From the human T2T-CHM13v2.0 reference genome, Homo sapiens: 64,000 bases of DNA. The position numbers and the translations under genes are program-made. The DNA lies in assembly GCF_009914755.1 (NCBI RefSeq), contig NC_060927.1. One strand, given 5' to 3'. Below, piece after piece: positions 41,250 to 57,459 of the stretch (positions are counted from its first letter, which is position 1; each line of letters starts with the position of its first letter). The notes beneath the pieces were generated by a model. That model saw only the letters and a list, made by a program, of their open reading frames with translations. It was not told where the DNA came from and searched no databases.

Positions 41250-43335
41250 TTCCCAAATAGTCACTTAATGTCTGACCCACTCAATTTTCAGCAGATGGCC
41301 TTGTCTTCCTCCTGCTTCATCAAGAAAATCGAAGTCATCAGCCTTGACCTCTATTTATCTTCTATGAAAACCTTTATATCTGTACTTAATTTTGCCATCT
41401 ACTTCATCCTAGAGTGAGGGATTAAGGGGTTTTAGTTCAAGACAGTCCTCTCTACCTATGCCTTGACCTTTTCCAACCTGCCTATTCCAGGATTTCTTAC
41501 CATGCCATTCCCTTTCTTTCCAGGATCTTGAAATTTTCTCTCTCCACACTAGCTCCTTCCTCTTTAGGCATAATTCAGGTTCTTCTAATCCAATTGTATC
41601 CAAAAAACATTTCTTTTGCACACCCCCATTTACTCCTCAAAACACTAAAATATTTTGAGGGTGTCATTAATCTACAGAAGGTTCTAATGTCAAGGTTGCC
41701 AATGACCTCCTTATGTCAAATCTAGTAGGTATTTTTGAGGTCTTATCTTCCTAGATCCCATTGCCATTGAGTACTGTTGATTACTTTTCATTTTGTTTTT
41801 ACCTTGGCTTCTAAAATACCATAAACTTCTCAGGGTCTGTTAGTTCTCAGGTTTTCTAAGTGGAGCCCCACGTGCCTTTTCTCATTGCACCTATTCTGCA
41901 CAGGTCGTTTTATCCACGCTCACAGATTCATTTTTCCCCTATGAGGAAGATTTCTGTTTCTAAACTTTTGGTCTATTTTTCTTCCTAGAGTTTAAGGCTT
42001 ATTTAAGTTGGTTTCACTTTTTTCATATCCCTAGGTACTTAAAACTCAGCATGCTAAAATGCAGTTTATCATCTCTCTTTCTTCAAGCCAGATCCTCCAA
42101 CTATACTTACTGATGTAGTTAGTGGAATCATCAACCACACGGTTCAATCAAGCTGGAAACTTAAAGTCATCTTTCACTCTTCATTCTCCCTTCATTAGTA
42201 ACACAACCAATATCTGATTTAGCCTTTTTACTAATAATTGACTTTGTCCCTATCATCTCCATTCCCATTGATTTTGCCCTTTTGTTGTCTTACCTTAACT
42301 GATGCAGGAACATTCTAAATAGCCGCTTTACCCATAAACTGACATGCTGTAAATTCTTCCATCACACAACTTCCAGATTTACCAATATAAAGCATAGTCT
42401 GACTGTGTCTGTCTCATGAATACTGACTGTGGTGATAGATACACTACTCCACACGTGTGATAAAATTGTATAAAATGAAATACACACACATATATATATA
42501 CCCACATTCGAATAAGTACAATAGAACTGAGGATTTATGGGTCAGGTCACTGGATTTTATCAATGTCACTATCCCAGTTTTGATATTATATGGTAGTTTT
42601 ACAAGATGTTGCTATCAAGGGAACTGGGTAAAGGGTACATGGGATCTCTCTGTATTATTCATTACAACTGCATGTAAATCTACAATTTCCTCAATTTAAA
42701 ATTTATTTAAAATATTTTGAGATATATATTATTTAAAATATACATATCATTTATGAATATTTTAAATGATATATATTTATATCATTTAAATATATAAATA
42801 TATCTATATTATTTAATATATTTTGATATATGTAAATATACACACACACTCTTTCTCTGTCTCTCTCACCATAAGTACAGACATAGGCTTTTTAAAAACA
42901 TAGCATATAAGTTTCTTCTTACCTCTCTGGCTTAATCTCCCAGCATTCTCTGCCCCAAATTTTTCAAAATATTAACACAGAGATGCTTGTGATTTTCTCA
43001 CACATACCAGGCTATTTTCCATTATAGTGTTTTGTTTATGCTGTTGTCATAGAGTGCCCACTGTGTACCATTAGCTCTTACCTGACCTTCCTAATTTTCA
43101 TCAGCAAAGGCTCTTTCCTTGATTCTTCAAATAAAATTACATTGTTCATCTTTGTGTTTTCGTAGTGCTGTCTATACTGCTAACACATTTACTGTAGGTT
43201 TGTTTTCCTGTCTTTCCTTCTATACCATCAATTCCTAGAAGATGAGACAGTATTATACACTTTTTATTTCCAGTTTCCATTATGCTTCCTGGCAAATAAG
43301 TCCTCTATGCATGTTTAACTTGAGCAAATGAATGT
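41250..43335 (+). mobile_element. L2 LINE (RT region to 3' end), interrupted
   Basis: tcaaggttgccaatgacctcc...tcttatcttcctaga resembles the L2 RT region, and an L2-like 3' end lies near 43290-43335. Confidence 0.7.
42422..42705 (+). mobile_element. L1MC/MD 3' end fragment nested in L2
   Basis: ggaactgggtaaagggtacatgggatctctctgtattattcattacaactgcatgtaaatctacaatt, followed by an AT-rich tail. Confidence 0.8.
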
Positions 43336-44293
43336 GCTATTGCAGGTAGCTTGGAAATCAGCATTCATAAATCTAATAGTATTATCTTCTACTGTATTAC
43401 TAGACCAGAACACATATTTGAAATTTTAAGAAGATGATTGACTATCCTCATACAGTATTTTTCTAATTCTTTATAACAGGAACAGTAACACTTAAGAACT
43501 TAACTAATTTTATCCTGGGATAAAATTAGTCTACTGATTATCACAACAAATCACATATTAAGATGATCTGCCCGGATAATATTTAGACTTGGAGAACGCA
43601 TCATCTGAGAAAGCTGATGTTTTCCTCCAAATATATAGGAATAAATGTTTGGAAAAAATAAGTAAAGCAAACTTCAGGGCTCAGCAGCAAAATGAAGCAA
43701 ACAGAAATAGGATTCATTTGCAAAGTGTTCAGATGTTTGCTTATTATTAAGTCTAACATGCAATTCTACACTTTAATTAAGAACCACCCACACATCAAGG
43801 TAAGCAACTGGCAATAAAAAATTAAAAAATATTAGGTCCACAGGTTTGAGTTTATTGTCCCTGAGTGTGATTCTAAGATTGCGGTTATGGGAGGGATGAC
43901 TAATCTGAGGAAAAAATTTAAATTTTCTGAGTTCATTTCTGTTTCCTGGTTCTATTTCTTACATGCTGGTGGCAGAATGGGCAGATAATCAGTTGAGACT
44001 ATTATAAAATGGGTTTAATGATAGGTCAGGCTTGCTATCAAATTTAATGAGGAAATGTTTATTTTCTTTTCAAAATCTACAGAACACAGATGTCGGATAG
44101 TGGAGGTATAGAGCATAATAATATTATTAGTTAGGAAAGGAGAGCTTTGATAGAAGACAAGATTGTCTAGCATTGGAGGTCTGCCTCACTTTGTGGCAAA
44201 ATTGGATTCATTACACTACCTGAAGAAATGCCAATTGTGCAACTTGTAACATGTGCTACATATATACCTGCATGGTTTTATAGATTCACTTGA

Positions 44294-45552
<1,259 letters not shown>

Positions 45553-45750
45553 TAGCTGAGAGAAGATTTGGTGTGGATTATGCATTCTGGGTCTGCCGCA
45601 AATATCTATAATATATGTGTTTCCATCCGTGTGGGGAGGGAGATTCTTTACATCTTTTATCTTGATTGTTCCTCATGTCAACCCCAATTTAGAAAAGATG
45701 GTACCAGCTCAAGGCTTTCTAGCTGGTAGGGACAGCAAAAGAATCAGAAA

Positions 45751-46057
45751 TTTATTTTATTTATATATTTATTTATTTGACAGAATCTTACTCTGTCACC
45801 CAGGCTGGAGTGCAGTGGCAGGATCTCAGCTCATTGCAACCTCTGCTTCCCTGATTCAAGTGATTTTGCTGACTCAGTCTCCCAATTAGCTGGGATTACA
45901 GACATGCACCACCACACCTGGCTAATTTTTGTATTTTTAGGAGAGGCAGGGTTTCGCCATGTTGGCCAAGCTGGTCTCGAACTCTTGCCTTCCTGTGATC
46001 TGCCCACCTCAGCCTCCCAAAGTGCTGGGATTACAGGTGTGAGCCACTGTGGCTGGC
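45751..46057 (-). mobile_element. AluS, antisense, about 330 bp downstream of exon 3
   Basis: Full dimer with TSD aaagaatcaga at 45738-45748 and 46058-46068. Confidence 0.95.
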
Positions 46058-46650
46058 AAAGAATCAGATTTTTAGATCTGAATCCTATCCAGGGCACTTC
46101 CTACTATGACAAACAACTTCTCTATCCTTCTTTAATGCAGGAGGAATTTATGCACATGAATTCTATGTGCATATGCAGGTTTAAGTACCTGGTAACAGAA
46201 TAAGAGGGAGGAAAAAAACTAATACATGAAACAGGCTTTTCTTGGCTATACCACTGAGTCACTCGTGATCTTAGGCCCCAGTTCCTCATTTATAAAGTGG
46301 TGAGATCATAGGTGTTACATACTTCCCAGGTAAGCTAAGGAGTTTAATGGGTTAATGATATTAAAACACCTTCCTGAGATGTTTAGATTTCCTGTGTTTG
46401 TGCAGTTTCATAATGCTGGTGGGTTTTCTTTTTTTTTTTTTTTTAATCATTTATTTACGGCACAAGTCCTGCTATCTTTTCTATCAAAAATTTCTAGAAA
46501 ACTAGTGGGGGGAAGCTAGACAGCGGGGTGTCATAGAGTATCTGTTGACGAGATTAAGGGGAATGATTTTAAAATGCCTTACCTTGTTTGATATGTTTTA
46601 CTGGAATTTTTGCTATGTACTTTTTGGATATAGAATGTACTGCTTAATAT

Positions 46651-46692
46651 TGGGAGAAAGTCAATGGGAGAAAGTCAATTGGAGAAAGGCAA
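46651..46692. repeat. 14-bp tandem repeat x3
   Basis: tgggagaaagtcaa, tgggagaaagtcaa, ttggagaaaggcaa. Confidence 0.9.
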
Positions 46693-47125
46693 GAGGAAAC
46701 AAAAACAGAAAGTTATAACTCTGCAGATACATAGATGCTTTGTCACTAATTTGATTAGAGAAAAATACACTTTTTCATTGACTCTTTTCATTCCAATACA
46801 GATATAGTTCTCAATCCTTGAGCCAATGAAATGAAACTATCAAATAATTCCAAGGGGCAGGTCATTCAAGGCCTTGGACTATATCATAATTCAACATAAA
46901 TATGTGTAAACTCTGATTTGACAGTTACTTAAAAATTAGGACATTCCCAATTTTCATAAAAATATCATCTCTTAAGTTGATGGATAGGATCTGCCTAGGA
47001 AAACCTGTTATTGTATTCTCTCCAGGGATTTTCTGTTCTCAGTCTTGGACTCATAAAAGTTGGCAAAAAGTTAAAGAAGTTAAAAAATGAAGAATTTTCT
47101 CTTACACACTGAAGCACGTAGTTTT

Positions 47126-47439
<314 letters not shown>

Positions 47440-48603
47440 TTTTTAGCATGTATTGTCTTAATGTGCCATGTTGTTTCTTACTTCCTTGTATTCTTGGAAA
47501 TGTTCTCCTTGAGGATACCATTCACATTTTTTCTCCTCTCTGGATAATTCTTATTTGTCCCTTAATGCCTAGTAATTACTTCTTACACAGTGTCATAGTT
47601 GTTTATTTTTCTCTAAAGTAGAACAGGGCTGTACTTGCCATGTCCAGTGCTTGAAGGTACATAGTAGGTCCCCATAGTAGGAGATTCGGAGAGAGCTAAA
47701 AGACAAAATGAAAACAAATGAGGTTTTGCCAGTGAGGTAAATGAAATAGGGCACTTGGAGGCATCTGTATTGAAAGGAAAATAAAGGTAGAGTGAGAAAG
47801 AATTTAACTGAATAAACTTGCCTATCTGTGGCTGCTCTGTCTGTGGAAAAAAAAAAAAAACCCTGAGATATTCCTAACAACGTAGAAATCCTGGGGCTTC
47901 TCTTGCCTTATGACTATTCCAACATTTTTATATTCTCATATATGTCCATGTGGAAGGACACAAAAATGGAGTTGGATAACAAGAATGGAAAAATGGTAAA
48001 CTTACCCAGGATGTTAATAGCTAGTGTTCTGGTTTAGAAAGTAGGGAGTAGGATCCTTTTAGATTCTTAGTCTTTCTGAACTGCTACAACGGGTGTGAGA
48101 GTCTTTTTTCCCATTACTTGGTAGCATATTTTCTTTTCTCTTTTCCACGTATAGGTTAATAGCTAAATAATTCCTAAAGTCTGCAAATAAACTACTTTCC
48201 TCTTAAATATAATATTCATTAAGTAAGGATTGTAGCCAAGCATTCTCTCACCATACAAGAAATATGAACTTATAGACATGAAAAAACATGTCATATTCTT
48301 AGGGATAGAAATCTCGAAATTGAGAAATTTAACCCAGTTTTACTGATTTTTTGATACAACCTAAACATTTATAACTAGCCATTAAATGGAATCACCATGT
48401 TTTGCTCTGATTGTTAGCAAAGGATATTTGAATTGCAGAAAATGTGTGCCTTCTTAATTTGAATTGTTTTAGTATCAATGAAAAATGAACTCCATTGGGT
48501 TAGTAAGTAAAGGTGAGTGGAGGCTCTCCAAAAAATTTGACATTTTAGTCTGTTTTCAAGGAACTTCTAGGTTCTTGATTCTGTTGTCAAGTATATTACT
48601 TTA

Positions 48604-48993
<390 letters not shown>

Positions 48994-49639
48994 TTAACAC
49001 TTAAAAGTTCTCCCAGATTGATTGATGCTAACTACATAACTCTTACTTTCGCAATTTTTTTTTTTTTATTCCTTGTAAACTTTGAACCCTTTTAACCTGT
49101 ATTGGATTTTTCCCTGGGGAGTTGGTGGTAATTATTTAAAACTATTCCTTTTTGTAAATACTTGTTGAATCATCCCAGATATATGTGAAGAGGCTTCAGC
49201 TCTAAGTATCAAAAGACCAATATCTATGTAGCTTATTTGTGTCTGGAAAGGCTTAGGCAACAGCCCTTAGCGTAGTGCCCTACATCTTATATAATCCAAG
49301 ATTCATATATATTTCAAGCACATACAGTAGGTCTAGCCATAACAATTTTGCACCTATGATCTTTGTGACACAGACCATGATATCCTTGAGAAGACGATAA
49401 CACAGCAGAAAAGGCAAATGTGTGTAAAATTATCTATGAAAAGTAGTTAGATATATGTGTTTATGTGTTTTTATAAAGCACAGAAAAAGGAATGATTTAG
49501 TGTGCCTGAGATTGGCAACACATTGCAGAGAAGGTAATTTTTTTATTTAGGCCTTAAAATATGAGTCAAATTGATCAAAACAGGGAAAGGAAAAATAATC
49601 AGGTTTGGGTAACTGTTATAAAAATAATTGATTATAAAA

Positions 49640-50240
49640 ACATAATGTGATGCTCATAAGTATTAAAAGACTAAAAAAATTGACTAAAGTTTATATTAAA
49701 AAGACATAAACTTTAAAAATTATAATTCATAACAAAAGCTTAATAACCCCAATAAACTAAATATTCAAAATTTAATAAGAGAGATAAATTTCCCCAATTG
49801 GAAAAAGATATAGGTAATTCACAAATGATTAATGTACAAATGTTTAACAGATTCAAAGTGTTCAAATTCTCCACTAATAAAAAATTAGGGAATTGAAATA
49901 ATGAGATTAATTATATCTTTCTGATCAGCAAAAAATTTAATGATAATAACCAATGCTAGTGAGATTGTTGAGAAACAGGCAATCTTTTCATTTCTTATGA
50001 GAGTAGAAATCGAAATAATACATTGGAAGGCAATTTGTCCATTCTAATTTATTTAATTTTAAAGACACTTTCCCTTTGGCCTGTAAGTTCCAGTTTTAGA
50101 TATTCCACAAAACTATTCAAATATAAATAAGTACCTACAAACACAAACACACACACACACACACAAACATACACACACACAGAAATGAAGGCTTCATTGC
50201 AGCATTGTTTATAATAACTAAAATGGTAAGTCCAGGTAAA
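49640..50240 (+). mobile_element. Ancient L1ME-like fragment with embedded (CA)n
   Basis: aatgctagtgagattgttgagaaacagg...ttggaaggcaatttg...ttcattgcagcattgtttataata, with a CA repeat at about 50139-50181. Confidence 0.6.
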
Positions 50241-52069
50241 ATTTTATAGCCTTTAAAGTTTTAGAAAGGAGTCTTCAAAATGGTTGACTGGATTCATCAT
50301 AGGCACCTACTCCATGGAGAGGAGCCAAAATGGCAAGTAGATTGTCACATTTTGAATAGATTATCTAAGGGAAAAAACCGGAATTCAACAGAGAAGTGAC
50401 AGGAAGCATCAAAAACAAGAAACGGATGTGAGGGATCAGCTGGTAGCCTGGAGAGGCTCCCTAATGTTGGGCAAGGGTAAGTGGGAGACCCCTCACGGTC
50501 CACATTACCACCACAGACTCCTATTGTCCTAGCCAAAGGAGAGCCCTTTGACCATCATGGGCCCTGAGACTAACATAAGGAGCTGAAGACTACTCAACAG
50601 TATTGCTCCAGAGAGGGAGCTCATGCTGAATCCCACAAACCTCTAAGTCCTAAGCAGCTGCAGCATGACACCATTTCAAAAACCCAGCCTCCACCAGACT
50701 GCATCCTACCCTGGTGCCCAACGGCCCATGCATCTCCACATCCTTGAAGCACCATTGACATTCCCTGCCTGGAATGGCTGCCACCAAGGCTGAGGCAAGA
50801 GCCACAGTCAGTGACCCCTTCACCCCCCAACAGAGTAGCAGTGACACATTTTCATGTGCCTCAGGACAAATCTCACTGCCCGCAGCTGCTGTCACTGTGG
50901 TGGGGCTGAGATGCAAGCAAAGAACACACTCTCAAAGCAGCTATTTCCTTCCCAGTAGAAGAGCTATGGTGTAGCTGCTGTGGCCCTTACCTGAACATTG
51001 TTCTGGCCTCCCGGGGGATCACCCTGCTTCTGCTTACCACAACCAGTGCCCGCACACACCAGCAGGGGGCCTAAGGACAGGTTCGCCCAACTTGGCCCTA
51101 CCCCTCAGTGCCCAGGAACACCATCCAGGGGCCTGAAAATTGCCCATTTCAGTGTGCCACCATTGGCAGCTGAGCATTCCTTCTGGTCACGCCCACCCAA
51201 CCACTGCTGCTACCACCATAACTGCCACCAACTTACACACATCACCTGCAGGCCTGGGGTCTGGCCCACCCAGGCTGTCACAGCTACTGTCAATACCAGT
51301 GTGGAACATTTGGGTCCCAGAGGGTTGTCTTGCCACTGCTAATGCCATCACCCATGACATGCCAGCTGCCCAGGGGCTCAAGAACCTGCCTACCCACCTA
51401 CCTTTCCACTGCCATTCCAACCACCTGAGCAAGCCACCTGGGACTTCCAAAATTGGCTTGCCTGGACTCACTAACAATGGTACCAGTGTACACTGCCCTA
51501 GGGTCCAAGGACAGGCACACTCAGCCCACTACTGCTACTGCAGGAGTCCAAAGGCTGGCCTACCGGGTGTCTAAAACCCAGCAAAATTCACTACAGCCTC
51601 CACTAACAACCACACCCTAAGCCACAAGGGAAATCATAGACACCGCTGATGCTGTTTACAACTGAAGATATTATACAGAGGCTACAGGACAGTATATACT
51701 GAGAATAAAAGCCAAAATTGCCTACCCATCTAATTTCATAGATAATGTCTTCAGGAAATTGTCCTCTTCTATGAAAGCAAATTCAAAAAAAATTGTAAGA
51801 AATGACTATTCTACCAGATGTGCAGATATCAATATAAAGACACAGGAAGCATGAAAAAGCAGGAAAATATGACACCATCAAAGGAACACAATAATTCTCC
51901 AGCAATAGATCCCAGTAAAAATTATTAAATTCTTAAATTCAAAATATTGATACTGAGAAGCTCAGTGAGATATAGGAGAATACCAAAAAGCAATAGAAGT
52001 CAGAAAGATAATTCAGGATATAAATGAGACATTTACCAAAGAGATAGATATCATTAATAGAACCAAACA

Positions 52070-52453
<384 letters not shown>

Positions 52454-55400
52454 TCAAGCAGAAGAAAGGATCTCAGAAATTGAAGACAGGTTTTTAAAAA
52501 ATAACACAGTTAGATAAAAATGAAAACAGAAGAATTAAAAAAAATCAAAGCATACATAACATATAAGATACCTCAAAGGGACAAAACATTAGAATTTTTG
52601 GTGTTTCCAAATCAAATAAAAGGATTAGAAAATCTATTTAACAAAATAATTCATAAAAATATCCCAAGTCTAGCAAGATATTTATATATCCAGATATGAG
52701 TTTCGGAACTCTCCAAATAGACACAGTTCAGAAAGGTTTTCTCTACAGCACATTACAGTCAAACTTTCAAAAGGCAAAGAATTCTAAAAGCAGCAAAAAT
52801 AAATAAATAAATAAAAGTTTTGTCACTTATAAAGAGACCCCCATCAGACAAAGAGTGGGTTACTCAGCAGAAACCCACAGGCCAGGAGTAAATAGAATGA
52901 TATATTCTAAGTGCTGAAAGAAAAAAAAAATGTCAGTCAAGGATATTATACTCAGCAAAGTTATCCTTCATTAATGAAGAAGATATAATATTTCCCTATA
53001 AGCCAAAGGTGAGAGAATTTATTGCTACTAGATGGGCCTACAAGAAATGCTTAAGAGAATCCTATACCCCAGAAGCAAAGGAAGGATATTTACCGTCAAG
53101 AAAACACATAAAAATATAAACAACACTGATACAACAAACATAAAAACAAAGAAAAGTCTCAAATGTTAACACTACAGAAAACAACCAAATCACAATTATG
53201 AAAAAAATAAAAAAGAATAATCAAAGCACATATAACATATAAGATAACATAAAGTGACCAACTGTTAAATAAGGGAACAAAGACTACACAAAAGTACCAG
53301 CAATTAATAAAATGGCAGGTGTAAGTCCTCATATATTAATAACAACCTTCAATCTAAATGGAATATACTTTCCACTCAAAAGACATAGACTGAATAGATT
53401 TTTAAAAAGACCCAACTATAATATCTATTAATATATAAATATATATTTCAATATATTTTATATACACACACACACACATATGAAACTCATCTCGCCTGGA
53501 AAGACATACATAGATTGAAAGATGGAAGAAAAAATGGAAGAAAAGGAATGAAAAAAGGCATTTCATGCATATGGAAACCAAACACTAGCAGGACTAGCTA
53601 TACTTCCGTCAGATAAAACAGATTTTAAGGGAAAAAAAAAAAGAAACAAAGGTCATTATGTAATAATAAAGTAATCAATTTAGCAAGGGGATATAACAAT
53701 TCTAAATATTTATGTACTCAACAGCAGAGCACCCATGTATATAAAGCATATATTATTAGATCTAAAGGGAGAGAAAGACTTCAGTACAGTAATAGTTGGG
53801 AACTTCAACACTGCACTCACAGCATTAGAGAGATCATCTAGAAAGTTAAGAAAGAAACACTGGATTTGAACTGCACATTAGACCAAATTGACCTAATGGA
53901 CATTTACAGAACATGTTATCCAACAGCTACGGAATACAGATTCTTCTTATCAGCACAAGGAACATTCTTAAGGATAGATCATATATTAGGACACAAAATA
54001 AGTCTCAAAAATTTTTTAAAAATTGAAATTACATCAAGTTTCTTCATAGACAACAATGGGATAAAACTAGAAAAACAATAGCAAGAGGAACTTTGTAAAT
54101 TGTACAGATATATGCAAATAACATGTTTCTGACCATTGGGTCAAGAAAGAGGAAATTAAAAAATTTCTTGAAACAAATGAAAATTGAAACACAATGTATC
54201 AAAAATCTATGGGATACAACAAAAGCAGTGTTAACAGGGAAGTTTATAGTAATAAATGCCTACACCAATAAGGTAAAAAGATTTCACATAAACAATCCAA
54301 CAATGCACCTTAAGGAAATGGAAACACAAGAACAAACCAGATAGAAAATTAGCAGAAGGAAAGAATAGTAAAAATCAGAGCAGAACTAAACAAAATATAG
54401 ACTAAAAAAATTGGAAAGGACCAGTAAAACCAAAAGTTGGCTTTTTGAAAAGATACACCAAATTGATAAACCACTTACTAGACTAACCCAGATAAAAATA
54501 GAGAAGACTCAAACAAAATCAGAAATGAAAAATATATCACCGACAAAAGATCATCAGAGATTATTATGAACAACTGTATACTAACAAGCTGGAAAACTGA
54601 CAAGAAATTGACACGTTCCTGGACATATTGCAACCTACTAAGGTTGAATAAGGAATAAATAGAAGACCTGAACAGACCAATATAGAAACATGCCTCTACA
54701 TAATGATGGCTATATATGACTAATCCACAGCTAACATCACACTGAATGGGGAGAAGCTAAAAGCCTTTCCTCTAAGAACTGGAACAAGAAAAGGCCACTT
54801 CTAGTTCTCCTATTTAACATCGTACTGAAAAGTCCTAGTCAGAGTAATCAAGCAAGAGAAAGAAATAAAAGGCATGCAGACTGGAAAAGAGGAAGTCAAA
54901 TTGTTTGTCTTTGCTGATGATGTATCTAAGAAAACCTACGCTCTTCCTGAAAACTCTTAGATCTGATAAATGAATTCAATATAGTTGCAGGATACAAAAA
55001 TCAAAATACAAAAATCAGTAGCATTTCTATACATCAGTAACAAACTAGCTGAGAAAGAAATCAAGAAGGCAATTTCATTTACAATGGCCACAAAAGTAAA
55101 ACACCTGGGAGTAAATTTAACCAAGAAGGCAAAATATCTCTACAAGGAAAACTACAAAAAAAAAAAAAAAAAAAAAAAAAAGGCGGGGGACAGAAAAAAA
55201 ATGAAAGACATTCTATGCTCATGGATTGGAAGAATGAAAATTGTTAAAATGACCATGCTGCCCAAAGCAATCTATAGATTCAAAGCAATTCCTATCAAAG
55301 TGCCAATATTATTTTTCACAGAAAAAAAAAATCCTAAAAATCATATGGAATAAAAAAGAGCCCAAATATCCAAAGCATTCTAGAGCAAAAAGAGCAAAAC

Positions 55401-56489
55401 TGGAGGCATCTCACTACCTGGCTTTAAAATATGTTAGAAGCCTAAAGTAACCAACAGAGCATGATATTGGTATAAAAACAGATACATAGGTCAATGAGAC
55501 ATAATAGGAAATCCAAAATTAAATTCAATATTTCCAGCTAACTGATTTTCAACAAGGGCACAAATAACATACATTGGGGAAAGGACACACTCTTCAATAA
55601 GTGGTACTGGGAAAATTGGATATTCATATGCAGAAGAATGAAACTAGATCCCCAACTCTCATCACATACAAAAATCAACACAGATAAAATACTTAAATGT
55701 AAGGCCTTAAAACTATAAACTACTAGAAGAAAACATAGAACACTTCAGAACATTGGTCTAGGCAGAGATTTTTATGGCTAAGCCCACAAAAGAACAGACA
55801 AAAAAAAATAGACAAATGGGACTATTTAAACTAAAAATGGGGCTATTAAACTAAAAAGCTTCTGCACAGCAAAGAAAGCAATTAATAGAACAAAGAAACA
55901 CCTGTTGAATGGAAGAAAATATTTGAAATTATTCATCCAACATGGGACTAATATCCAGAATATATGAGGAACTCAAGTCAACAGTAAAAAAATAAATAAT
56001 CCCGTAAAAATGAGATTACTGACATCAAAAGATATGAAAAGACATTTTTCAAAAAAAGATGTAAAAATGGCCAATAACTATATGAAAATGTCAGCATCAC
56101 TAATCATCAGGTAAATGCAAATCAAAACCAAAATGAGATATCATCTTATGCCAGTTAGTTTATTTTTCAAATGACAAAAAATAACAGATGTTATTGAGGA
56201 TGCAGAGAAAAAGGAACTCGTATTCACTGTTGGTAGGAATGTCAATTAATACAACCACTACAGAAAATAGTATGGAGATTCCTCAAAAAACTAAAAACTA
56301 CTGTAAAATCCAGAAATCCCACTACCAAATATTTATCCAAAGGAAAAAAATCAGTATATCAAAAAGGATACATGCACTTGCATGTTTATTGCAATATTAT
56401 TCACCTATGTGTCCATCAATTAATAAAGAAATAAAATTTGGTGTATATATACACAATGGAATACTATTCAGCTATAAAAAAGGAATGAA

Positions 56490-56816
<327 letters not shown>

Positions 56817-57459
56817 CTACATGGATGGAACTGGGAGTCATTATGCTAAGTGAAATAAGGCACAGAAAGACAAATATTGTAAGTTCTCACTCATATGTAG
56901 GAGCTTAAAAAATTTATCTCATGGAAGTAGAGAGTAGAATGATAAATACCAGAGGCTGGGTAGGATGTGTTGTTGGAAAGGGGTGATGAAAAGAGGTTGG
57001 TCAATGTGTGCAAACATACATTATAGAAAACGTATAAGTTCTAATGTTGAATAGCAGAATAGGGTGGCTATAATTAGCAACATTAGATTATATATTTTCA
57101 AAGTAGATAAAGGAGAGGACTTGAAATGTTCTCAACACATAGAAATGATAAATACTCAAGGTATCGAATACTCCAAACATCCTAACTTGATCACTGAACA
57201 TTCTATGCATGTAACAAAATAGCACATATATCCCATGAACATGTAAAATATTATGTATCAATTAAAAAATATTGAGGATCCAAAAAGGTAATAAAACGTT
57301 GGACTCTGATAGGAAGGAAACTATAAAGCAAATAATAGTTAACCCCACCATTGAGAGACGATAGTAGTAGTTAGGATGTGTAGTCATTTTTATCTTGATC
57401 GTATTGTTTATGATCCTTGGTGGAATTTCTGTATTTGTTTGGTGTCAAGTGCCTTTTAT

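Noticed and set aside
50345-51574. Cluster of longer GC-richer ORFs (up to 144 aa) on both strands
   Set aside because: They fall in the L1 5' UTR, where stop codons are scarce because of base composition. No recognisable protein.
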